A stretch of DNA of 64,000 nucleotides from Macrostomum lignano (lineage: Eukaryota), in contig NIVC01000573.1 in the NCBI GenBank assembly GCA_002269645.1, positions 372,001 through 436,000 of the forward strand, given 5' to 3'. Position 1 is the first letter of the stretch. Each line of letters begins with the position of its first letter. The position numbers were made by a program, and so were the translations under genes. Positions 35,521 through 52,455 of this stretch are shown here, piece after piece. The notes beneath the pieces were generated by a model. That model had not been told where the DNA came from. It searched no databases and saw only the letters and a program-made list of their open reading frames with translations.

Positions 35521-38500
35521 GTGACTTGTTACAGTCCTATTACTGCATGGTTAGTGACTTGTTACAGTCCTATTACTGCATGGTTAGTGACTTGTTACAG
35601 TCCTATTACTGCATGGTTAGTGACTTGTTACAGTCCTATTACTGCATGGTTAGTGACTTGTTACAGTCCTATTACTGCATGGTTTAGTGACTTGTTACAG
35701 TCCTATTACTGCATGGTTAGTGACTTGTTACAGTCCTATTACTGCATGGTTAGTGACTTGTTACAGTCCTATTACTGCATGGTTAGTGACTTGTTACAGT
35801 CCTATTACTGCATGGTTAGTGACTTGTTACAGTCCTATTACTGCATGGTTTAGTGACTTGTTACAGTCCTATTACTGCATGGTTTAGTGACTTGTTACAG
35901 TCCTATTACTGCATGGTTTAGTGACTTGTTACAGTCCTATTACTGCATGGTTTAGTGACTTGTTACAGTCCTATTACTGCATGGTTTAGTGACTTGTTAC
36001 AGTCCTATTACTGCATGGTTTAGTGACTTGTTACAGTCCTATTACTGCATGGTTTAGTGACTTGTTACAGTCCTATTACTGCATGGTTTAGTGACTTGTT
36101 ACAGTCCTATTACTGCATGGTTTAGTGACTTGTTACAGTCCTATTACTGCATGGTTTAGTGACTTGTTACAGTCCTATTACTGCATGGTTTAGTGACTTG
36201 TTACAGTCCTATTACTGCATGGTTTAGTGACTTGTTACAGTCCTATTACTGCATGGTTTAGTGACTTGTTACAGTCCTATTACTGCATGGTTAGTGACTT
36301 GTTACAGTCCTATTACTGCATGGTTAGTGACTTGTTACAGTCCTATTACTGCATGGTTAGTGACTTGTTACAGTCCTATTACTGCATGGTTAGTGACTTG
36401 TTACAGTCCTATTACTGCATGGTTAGTGACTTGTTACAGTCCTATTACTGCATGGTTAGTGACTTGTTACAGTCCTATTACTGCATGGTTAGTGACTTGT
36501 TACAGTCCTATTACTGCATGGTTAGTGACTTGTTACAGTCCTATTACTGCATGGTTAGTGACTTGTTACAGTCCTATTACTGCATGGTTAGTGACTTGTT
36601 ACAGTCCTATTACTGCATGGTTAGTGACTTGTTACAGTCCTATTACTGCATGGTTAGTGACTTGTTACAGTCCTATTACTGCATGGTTAGTGACTTGTTA
36701 CAGTCCTATTACTGCATGGTTAGTGACTTGTTACAGTCCTATTACTGCATGGTTAGTGACTTGTTACAGTCCTATTACTGCATGGTTAGTGACTTGTTAC
36801 AGTCCTATTACTGCATGGTTAGTGACTTGTTACAGTCCTATTACTGCATGGTTAGTGACTTGTTACAGTCCTATTACTGCATGGTTAGTACTTGTTACAG
36901 TCCTATTACTGCATGGTTAGTACTTGTTACAGTCCTATTACTGCATGGTTAGTGACTTGTTACAGTCCTATTACTGCATGGTTAGTGACTTGTTACAGTC
37001 CTATTACTGCATGGTTAGTGACTTGTTACAGTCCTATTACTGCATGGTTAGTGACTTGTTACAGTCCTATTACTGCATGGTTAGTGACTTGTTACAGTCC
37101 TATTACTGCATGGTTAGTGACTTGTTACAGTCCTATTACTGCATGGTTAGTGACTTGTTACAGTCCTATTACTGCATGGTTAGTGACTTGTTACAGTCCT
37201 ATTACTGCATGGTTAGTGACTTGTTACAGTCCTATTACTGCATGGTTAGTGACTTGTTACAGTCCTATTACTGCATGGTTAGTGACTTGTTACAGTCCTA
37301 TTACTGCATGGTTAGTGACTTGTTACAGTCCTATTACTGCATGGTTAGTGACTTGTTACAGTCCTATTACTGCATGGTTAGTGACTTGTTACAGTCCTAT
37401 TACTGCATGGTTAGTGACTTGTTACAGTCCTATTACTGCATGGTTAGTGACTTGTTACAGTCCTATTACTGCATGGTTAGTGACTTGTTACAGTCCTATT
37501 ACTGCATGGTTAGTGACTTGTTACAGTCCTATTACTGCATGGTTAGTGACTTGTTACAGTCCTATTACTGCATGGTTAGTGACTTGTTACAGTCCTATTA
37601 CTGCATGGTTAGTGACTTGTTACAGTCCTATTACTGCATGGTTAGTGACTTGTTACAGTCCTATTACTGCATGGTTAGTGACTTGTTACAGTCCTATTAC
37701 TGCATGGTTAGTGACTTGTTACAGTCCTATTACTGCATGGTTAGTGACTTGTTACAGTCCTATTACTGCATGGTTTAGTGACTTGTTACAGTCCTATTAC
37801 TGCATGGTTTAGTGACTTGTTACAGTCCTATTACTGCATGGTTTAGTGACTTGTTACAGTCCTATTACTGCATGGTTTAGTGACTTGTTACAGTCCTATT
37901 ACTGCATGGTTTAGTGACTTGTTACAGTCCTATTACTGCATGGTTTAGTGACTTGTTACAGTCCTATTACTGCATGGTTTAGTGACTTGTTACAGTCCTA
38001 TTACTGCATGGTTTAGTGACTTGTTACAGTCCTATTACTGCATGGTTTAGTGACTTGTTACAGTCCTATTACTGCATGGTTTAGTGACTTGTTACAGTCC
38101 TATTACTGCATGGTTTAGTGACTTGTTACAGTCCTATTACTGCATGGTTTAGTGACTTGTTACAGTCCTATTACTGCATGGTTTAGTGACTTGTTACAGT
38201 CCTATTACTGCATGGTTAGTGACTTGTTACAGTCCTATTACTGCATGGTTAGTGACTTGTTACAGTCCTATTACTGCATGGTTAGTGACTTGTTACAGTC
38301 CTATTACTGCATGGTTAGTGACTTGTTACAGTCCTATTACTGCATGGTTAGTGACTTGTTACAGTCCTATTACTGCATGGTTAGTGACTTGTTACAGTCC
38401 TATTACTGCATGGTTAGTGACTTGTTACAGTCCTATTACTGCATGGTTAGTGACTTGTTACAGTCCTATTACTGCATGGTTAGTGACTTGTTACAGTCCT

Positions 38501-41500
38501 ATTACTGCATGGTTAGTGACTTGTTACAGTCCTATTACTGCATGGTTAGTGACTTGTTACAGTCCTATTACTGCATGGTTAGTGACTTGTTACAGTCCTA
38601 TTACTGCATGGTTAGTGACTTGTTACAGTCCTATTACTGCATGGTTAGTGACTTGTTACAGTCCTATTACTGCATGGTTAGTGACTTGTTACAGTCCTAT
38701 TACTGCATGGTTAGTGACTTGTTACAGTCCTATTACTGCATGGTTAGTGACTTGTTACAGTCCTATTACTGCATGGTTAGTGACTTGTTACAGTCCTATT
38801 ACTGCATGGTTAGTGACTTGTTACAGTCCTATTACTGCATGGTTAGTGACTTGTTACAGTCCTATTACTGCATGGTTAGTGACTTGTTACAGTCCTATTA
38901 CTGCATGGTTAGTGACTTGTTACAGTCCTATTACTGCATGGTTAGTGACTTGTTACAGTCCTATTACTGCATGGTTAGTGACTTGTTACAGTCCTATTAC
39001 TGCATGGTTAGTGACTTGTTACAGTCCTATTACTGCATGGTTAGTGACTTGTTACAGTCCTATTACTGCATGGTTAGTGACTTGTTACAGTCCTATTACT
39101 GCATGGTTAGTGACTTGTTACAGTCCTATTACTGCATGGTTAGTGACTTGTTACAGTCCTATTACTGCATGGTTAGTGACTTGTTACAGTCCTATTACTG
39201 CATGGTTAGTGACTTGTTACAGTCCTATTACTGCATGGTTAGTGACTTGTTACAGTCCTATTACTGCATGGTTAGTGACTTGTTACAGTCCTATTACTGC
39301 ATGGTTAGTGACTTGTTACAGTCCTATTACTGCATGGTTAGTGACTTGTTACAGTCCTATTACTGCATGGTTAGTGACTTGTTACAGTCCTATTACTGCA
39401 TGGTTAGTGACTTGTTACAGTCCTATTACTGCATGGTTAGTGACTTGTTACAGTCCTATTACTGCATGGTTAGTGACTTGTTACAGTCCTATTACTGCAT
39501 GGTTAGTGACTTGTTACAGTCCTATTACTGCATGGTTAGTGACTTGTTACAGTCCTATTACTGCATGGTTAGTGACTTGTTACAGTCCTATTACTGCATG
39601 GTTAGTGACTTGTTACAGTCCTATTACTGCATGGTTAGTGACTTGTTACAGTCCTATTACTGCATGGTTAGTGACTTGTTACAGTCCTATTACTGCATGG
39701 TTAGTGACTTGTTACAGTCCTATTACTGCATGGTTAGTGACTTGTTACAGTCCTATTACTGCATGGTTTAGTGACTTGTTACAGTCCTATTACTGCATGG
39801 TTAGTGACTTGTTACAGTCCTATTACTGCATGGTTTAGTGACTTGTTACAGTCCTATTACTGCATGGTTTAGTGACTTGTTACAGTCCTATTACTGCATG
39901 GTTAGTGACTTGTTACAGTCCTATTACTGCATGGTTAGTGACTTGTTACAGTCCTATTACTGCATGGTTAGTGACTTGTTACAGTCCTATTACTGCATGG
40001 TTAGTGACTTGTTACAGTCCTATTACTGCATGGTTAGTGACTTGTTACAGTCCTATTACTGCATGGTTAGTGACTTGTTACAGTCCTATTACTGCATGGT
40101 TAGTGACTTGTTACAGTCCTATTACTGCATGGTTAGTGACTTGTTACAGTCCTATTACTGCATGGTTAGTGACTTGTTACAGTCCTATTACTGCATGGTT
40201 AGTGACTTGTTACAGTCCTATTACTGCATGGTTAGTGACTTGTTACAGTCCTATTACTGCATGGTTAGTGACTTGTTACAGTCCTATTACTGCATGGTTA
40301 GTGACTTGTTACAGTCCTATTACTGCATGGTTAGTGACTTGTTACAGTCCTATTACTGCATGGTTAGTGACTTGTTACAGTCCTATTACTGCATGGTTAG
40401 TGACTTGTTACAGTCCTATTACTGCATGGTTAGTGACTTGTTACAGTCCTATTACTGCATGGTTAGTGACTTGTTACAGTCCTATTACTGCATGGTTAGT
40501 GACTTGTTACAGTCCTATTACTGCATGGTTAGTGACTTGTTACAGTCCTATTACTGCATGGTTAGTGACTTGTTACAGTCCTATTACTGCATGGTTAGTG
40601 ACTTGTTACAGTCCTATTACTGCATGGTTAGTGACTTGTTACAGTCCTATTACTGCATGGTTAGTGACTTGTTACAGTCCTATTACTGCATGGTTAGTGA
40701 CTTGTTACAGTCCTATTACTGCATGGTTAGTGACTTGTTACAGTCCTATTACTGCATGGTTAGTGACTTGTTACAGTCCTATTACTGCATGGTTAGTGAC
40801 TTGTTACAGTCCTATTACTGCATGGTTAGTGACTTGTTACAGTCCTATTACTGCATGGTTAGTGACTTGTTACAGTCCTATTACTGCATGGTTAGTGACT
40901 TGTTACAGTCCTATTACTGCATGGTTAGTGACTTGTTACAGTCCTATTACTGCATGGTTAGTGACTTGTTACAGTCCTATTACTGCATGGTTAGTGACTT
41001 GTTACAGTCCTATTACTGCATGGTTAGTGACTTGTTACAGTCCTATTACTGCATGGTTAGTGACTTGTTACAGTCCTATTACTGCATGGTTAGTGACTTG
41101 TTACAGTCCTATTACTGCATGGTTAGTGACTTGTTACAGTCCTATTACTGCATGGTTAGTGACTTGTTACAGTCCTATTACTGCATGGTTAGTGACTTGT
41201 TACAGTCCTATTACTGCATGGTTAGTGACTTGTTACAGTCCTATTACTGCATGGTTAGTGACTTGTTACAGTCCTATTACTGCATGGTTAGTGACTTGTT
41301 ACAGTCCTATTACTGCATGGTTAGTGACTTGTTACAGTCCTATTACTGCATGGTTAGTGACTTGTTACAGTCCTATTACTGCATGGTTAGTGACTTGTTA
41401 CAGTCCTATTACTGCATGGTTAGTGACTTGTTACAGTCCTATTACTGCATGGTTAGTGGCTTGTTACAGTCCTATTACTGCATGGTTAGTGGCTTGTTAC

Positions 41501-42773
41501 AGTCCTATTACTGCATGGTTAGTGGCTTGTTACAGTCCTATTACTGCATGGTTAGTGACTTGTTACAGTCCTATTACTGCATGGTTAGTGACTTGTTACA
41601 GTCCTATTACTGCATGGTTAGTGACTTGTTACAGTCCTATTACTGCATGGTTAGTGACTTGTTACAGTCCTATTACTGCATGGTTAGTGACTTGTTACAG
41701 TCCTATTACTGCATGGTTAGTGACTTGTTACAGTCCTATTACTGCATGGTTAGTGACTTGTTACAGTCCTATTACTGCATGGTTAGTGACTTGTTACAGT
41801 CCTATTACTGCATGGTTAGTGACTTGTTACAGTCCTATTACTGCATGGTTAGTGACTTGTTACAGTCCTATTACTGCATGGTTAGTGACTTGTTACAGTC
41901 CTATTACTGCATGGTTAGTGACTTGTTACAGTCCTATTACTGCATGGTTAGTGACTTGTTACAGTCCTATTACTGCATGGTTAGTGACTTGTTACAGTCC
42001 TATTACTGCATGGTTAGTGACTTGTTACAGTCCTATTACTGCATGGTTAGTGACTTGTTACAGTCCTATTACTGCATGGTTAGTGACTTGTTACAGTCCT
42101 ATTACTGCATGGTTAGTGACTTGTTACAGTCCTATTACTGCATGGTTAGTGACTTGTTACAGTCCTATTACTGCATGGTTAGTGACTTGTTACAGTCCTA
42201 TTACTGCATGGTTAGTGACTTGTTACAGTCCTATTACTGCATGGTTAGTGACTTGTTACAGTCCTATTACTGCATGGTTAGTGACTTGTTACAGTCCTAT
42301 TACTGCATGGTTAGTGACTTGTTACAGTCCTATTACTGCATGGTTAGTGACTTGTTACAGTCCTATTACTGCATGGTTAGTGACTTGTTACAGTCCTATT
42401 ACTGCATGGTTAGTGACTTGTTACAGTCCTATTACTGCATGGTTAGTGACTTGTTACAGTCCTATTACTGCATGGTTAGTGACTTGTTACAGTCCTATTA
42501 CTGCATGGTTAGTGACTTGTTACAGTCCTATTACTGCATGGTTAGTGACTTGTTACAGTCCTATTACTGCATGGTTAGTGACTTGTTACAGTCCTATTAC
42601 TGCATGGTTAGTGGCTTGTTACAGTCCTATTACTGCATGGTTAGTGACTTGTTACAGTCCTATTACTGCATGGTTAGTGACTTGTTACAGTCCTATTACT
42701 GCATGGTTAGTGACTTGTTACAGTCCTATTACTGCATGGTTAGTGTCTTGTTACAGTCCTATTACTGCATGGT
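35521..42773. repeat. Homogeneous 33-bp satellite (GTGACTTGTTACAGTCCTATTACTGCATGGTTA), about 220 copies, 7.25 kb
   Basis: Near-identical head-to-tail units with no spacers. Rare 34-bp (+T), 32-bp (-G) and A>G variants. Confidence 0.99.
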
Positions 42774-42854
42774 CGCACTAAAAAAAATTTCGGACAGGAT
42801 ATTGTTACACAAAAACTGCTGCATATGCTTGAACGCTTGTACATGTGTTGTATA

Positions 42855-42860
42855 TTTATT
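42855..42860 (-). terminator. Poly(A) signal AATAAA of prepropeptide B gene
   Basis: TTTATT on + strand, about 75 nt downstream of the TAA at 42935. Confidence 0.6.
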
Positions 42861-42934
42861 GAAGCTTGAATCATTTCAGAACACAGTCAGCAGCTCCTGT
42901 CAATAAAAGTTCAACTGCACTAGTGATAGTTGGG

Positions 42935-44508
42935 TTAGTTGTTGAAGTAGGAAACGCAGACCAGTTTGCGGCCGGTGAACCTGTACTTGCGGCAGCGTCT
43001 GCGGGAACGATATCGGATGTTGATGCTGGTCAGGTTTTCACATTCACGATCGAGCGTATTCATTACTCCGTACTCATGAAGGGAATTTGAACAGGGTCGG
43101 AACAGCTCAGAGGTAACCACATTCATTTGGGGGGCTTGTGTGCACAACAGTTGGCCAGAAGTTTGTCCTGAGATTCGATCATATCTATGAGGTCCAACCC
43201 CAATTAGGCACAATCTGCCTGACGATTATAGAAAGTCAGGGGCCTGTGTGAGCGCGTGTGTCTGCGTGCAGTATTGTCGCGCTTGTATGTGTTCAGGAGT
43301 CAAGAGGGGAATTGGGCAGAATTGCCTCAGAGTTGGTTGCTTGTTTGACGATATCGCCGAAGTTTTTTTGCAAGGGTGCCAACAACACAACCCGAATATT
43401 GTTATTAGAGAAATTGTTCAGGCACCAAGGCTCACTGGCTCATACATTCACGTTAGATGCAAAGGTGCGTAGGTAATTGACAATTTAAAATGTAGTGAAT
43501 TCGCAGGTGAAAGGTCACGGCTAACCTGCGCGACAGCTTCTTCCTGTAACTGCCGGTGCCGGAGAAACCGCCGAATCGCGATCGAAATTTCGGGACGCTG
43601 GGCGCTGCGGTGGCCGGCGTCGTCGACGTCGCAGTCTCCGCCGCCGTAGGCGCCGGAGCGTCCAGATGCAAGTGCTCATCGAGATCGTCTTCATCGTCGT
43701 GACGATGATGCTGATGATGCAAATGATTCATATCCGGCAGGTGGTGGACATCTTCCTGCACAGCGAAGGACTCCATGATGTCCATCTCGGCCTCATCTGG
43801 GAAAGGGCGGTTCAGTTTGGCAATTGCATGCTTCATCAGGCTGACTATTCAACATAAGAATTGAAGTATGCGGAGCCCCAAAATCTGACGAGGTGAGCCC
43901 AAATTACAGGAAATTCTGTAGGGCCAAATGGAGCAGCACGTGTAGAAGTACTGCCAACAGTTTGACCTTCAGACACAGACTTGTGACGGCACTACAAGTC
44001 CGTTGGAGTCAAAAAGCGATTAACATGACACTAACCTTCGTCTTTGGCGTGCGCGCCTTTCCTGATCGAGGTTACATGTAAATCTGGCGATAGCCATCCA
44101 CTGCTGGCTTTTTGTTTCAGGGTCATACTGAGAAACCACATGATTCGTCACCTAAGTCATGACCCGTTCCAAGAAGTCGTGGTCGTCAGGCGTCAGGGAC
44201 CACCACGTTCGGGGGTATCAAAGAATTTCGTCAGTGCTTCAAGGCATGGCAGGACGGAAATTCAGCGTTGCATTGACTGCAGGGGTGACGAGTGATTGCT
44301 TGCTTTGAAGAGTTCAAAGCGGAGTGACTTTCTTAAGACCTCACAGCCGAGACTAAAGGCACAGTCCCGATACCTCATGTCGCACCGATCGTATTAGCAC
44401 ATGAAACTTACACGTCGCCTCCTTAGCAGCGGAATAATCGGATACAATAATCAGCATCCCGGTCACCATAGCAACAAAGGCAAAATCGAAGAACTTCAAG
44501 GCAGCCAT
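42935..44508 (-). CDS. Secreted prepropeptide B, 159 aa; exons 44508-44412, 43844-43526, 42998-42935
   Basis: Hydrophobic leader MAALKFFDFAFVAMVTGMLIIVSDYSA (accATG). The His/Asp-rich and then Thr/Ala/Pro-rich pro-region is followed by ...RSR-FGGFSGTGSYRKKLSRRRCRKYRFTGRKLVCVSYFNN*. Splice sites T|GTAAGT, GAATAG|, AG|GTTAGC and CCCGCAG| join in frame (phases 1, 2). Confidence 0.82.
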
Positions 44509-45011
44509 GGTTGAACCGATCGAGAGAGCAGCTGCGTCAAAAAATTGTTCGCTTAACAAATTCGATTCCAAGTTGTTGTTATACTAATTGTTACACCGAG
44601 TAGTAAATTATAAGCCAACCTGTGTCTCGCTGTCTTGACTGAGTTGGCCTTTCCGATAGTAAATTAGATCAAACTCAGCAACACTAAGTCAGTCTAGTCT
44701 AGGTTTCACAATTTGCACTGCATTGGTGCTCGGCTGCTTGGCATGACAAACTTCTAGCTTCCCTGCTGCCCCGGAACTCCCTATACAAGAAGACAGGCGC
44801 TGAATTGTACATGCAATAAAGGAGCAAAACAAAGTACTGGGTGGACCAGTGAGATGCAAGTTAATTTGCACTTTTATTGGCGTAACATAATTTACACGTT
44901 CGGTATATTTTACATAAATCAGAATATGCACTTACACTTTGCCAACATTTGCAACTGCCCAATATTTAATGGCAGTAAGCGTCAGGCTGTGAATGCGATT
45001 TCAATGTGAAT

Positions 45012-45680
45012 TGCGATTCTGTCAGGGCGATTCTGTCAAGGGCGATTTTGTCAAGGGCGATTTTGTCAAAGGCGATTTTGTAGGGCAATTCTGTCAAAAG
45101 CGATTTCGTAGGGTGATTATGTAAGGCGATTTTGTAGGGCGATTCCGTAGGGCTGCTTTGTCAACGGCGATTCTGTAAAGGGCGATGCTGTCAAGGGCGA
45201 TTCTGTAAATGGCGATGCTGTCAAGGGCGATTCTGTAGGGCGATTCTGTCAAAGGCGATTCTGTCAAGGGCGATTCGGTCAAAGGCGATTCTGTCAAGGG
45301 CGATTCTGTAGGGCCATTCGGTCAAGGGCGATTCTGTCAAGGGCGATTCTGTCAAGGGCGATTCGGTCAAGGGCGATTCTGTCAAGGGCGATTCTGTCAA
45401 GGGCGATTCTGTCAAGTGCGATTCTGTCAACGATTCTGTCAAGTGCGATTCTGTCAAGGGCGATTCTGTCAAGTGCGATTCTGTCAAGGGCGATTCTGTC
45501 AAGGGCGATTCTGTCAAGTGCGATTCTGTCAAGGGCGATTCTGTCAAGGGCGATTCTGTCAAGGGCGATTCTGTCAAGGGCGATTCTGTCAAGGGTGATT
45601 CTGTCAAGGGCGATTCTGTAGGGGATTCCGTAGAACTGCTTTGTCAAGGGCGATTCTGCTAAGGGAAAATCGGAGACGCC
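45012..45680. repeat. 15-bp tandem array (GGGCGATTCTGTCAA), probably a solitary arm of a foldback-type element
   Basis: About 40 units ending in a TIR-like cap (reverse complement GGCGTCTCCGATTTTCCC). No inverted partner was seen nearby. Confidence 0.8.
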
Positions 45681-45789
45681 AAACAAGTCTAGATTGACAA
45701 TGACAACAGCAGTTTTCAAGCTGAACACGGAATGACCATTCAGCTTTCAGACAACACAAGCATGAAGTCGAAGGTCCGAGGTTCGCGCC

Positions 45790-50727
<4,938 letters not shown>

Positions 50728-52455
50728 CTGAAATACCAACAAAAAGCTATTTTTGCATGGGCAAAAGGGTACACACATACAGACGTGTACTGAGGGTGTA
50801 CAGCCACACTGGATTATCACATTTTACATTGATATTTAATAACCTTGAATCCTCGTGAGGCCTCCAACAGTGACTGAAGCCTCCCACTTCAACCCAAACT
50901 TTTCCTTTTTATGTAAACCATTTTCTTGTGCATACAATGTTCAAGTTTTCCTTAAATGGAAATCGTCTCCCTCCCCTGGTATAACTATAGGACTCTCACC
51001 CCATTATATTTTGTTTCACTATAATTTAATAGTGATACATCATACACCTGGTGTTTAATTGTCACCACCCAGTGCACCCATCTTTTCGATTATGTGAAAA
51101 CTCTCCATTCAAGAGTTTGACTTGAGAGCCTTATTTAGCATGACCTTTCCTGGCAACTTGAATAGAATTGCATCCCTATTAAATACTCAAGTGGAATCCC
51201 CAAACTCCTATTGGTACCATTAAGCTTATCCCCTTCCACTAATTTGTTCAGTATTCAAGGCCTCTAATTGCAAGCTTATACTTAGTACCCTAACCTAACA
51301 AAATTCCTTTCTTTGCCCCTATGTAAGCATAGTGCTTATTAATATTGTTCTGCTTATTTTAAGCAATAATCAATAATAAATTCATCTTGAATACTCCATT
51401 TACAGGCATACAATATGGCCTATACATTCTTAGCATAGTAAATGTATCCTACAGTAGCGCGATCAGAATTTTTTTAGAATGGGGAAGACAGATTCTGGTG
51501 GGTAAGGACCTGGGAGAAAGGGGCAGATAGGTGGCTCCGTTTTTGGCAAAAAATTGCTTGGCCCCCCTTAGATTTTTTTTAGTCTCTGCCTAAAAAGAGA
51601 AAGGCAACCATGTGGGGGCTAAGACAATGCGGGAACCTTAAGGGAAATATATTTGAGATTGAAAAATTAGCTACTAAGCTACAATACTAGAATTCAAGCC
51701 AAGCTATTGCTTAACATTTCTGATTTTGGACTGCTACTTTCTAGATAGCTAGATAAACAGTGGCCTCAAGTTGGATTGTGCTACCTCCAAAGGTATAGCT
51801 AGCTTTAAAGTTCTCAATTGATTATAACAAACAATTTTAATGCTAGTATATATTTAACTATTAATTTGTTCATTTGTTTCATACTTTTGGAAATAAAAAA
51901 AATAATTTAGCAAATGATTCTATAGGATACTACTAGATAGGGTTACTAGTCAAGTCGGTGACAAGACATTTTGATGATAACCTCAGTCAAATCGGTGACA
52001 CTGCTATAAATTGTTTATGTAATTTAGAGATTTATTTGAGCAAAAGCATTTTTATTGTTTTTTAGCTGACATGCTTGCTTTTCTTTTATAGTCATTTTTT
52101 GCAGTTTATTTTGTTTTTCTTCTGAAGTCAATTGCATTGATCAATTTTTGACTATATATATTATACTGAATAGTATACCCTATCCTTATGCAGGTAGCTT
52201 TTCTGGCTACTTGGATATTAGTCTGGTTGTTCATCTCATTTAAATTGCAAAGCATTTATGCAATGAATGAAAAATAAGTGCTGATCTAGTTCATATGACA
52301 AGAGTACATGCATATGCAGAGTACATACTCAATAACAGTTAAGTTTTTCTGCTAAGTGGGGACTCAAGGGAGAGATACAGTGCAGTGAGTAATTAATTGC
52401 CAGCCAATAAATATAAAAGGACAAAACTGTTTTATTTGCGTATTTTAGACTTGTC

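Noticed and set aside
35521-42906. Very long ORFs (up to 1022 aa; LQSYYCMVSD / TCYSPITAWLV repeats) and a possible CRISPR array
   Set aside because: The unit length is a multiple of 3 and stop-free in two frames by chance. Units are head-to-tail with no spacers and there are no cas genes. It is not a TTAGGG telomeric repeat.
42960-43035. + strand Cys-rich reading with in-frame TGA codons (CGR*TCTCGSVCGNDIGC*CW) suggesting a selenoprotein
   Set aside because: It is the antisense of peptide B exon 3, with no start, no splice support and no SECIS identified.
44100-44280. GC-richer block with an acceptor-like site inside intron 1 of peptide B
   Set aside because: It contains stops in all three - strand frames, and skipping it preserves the frame.
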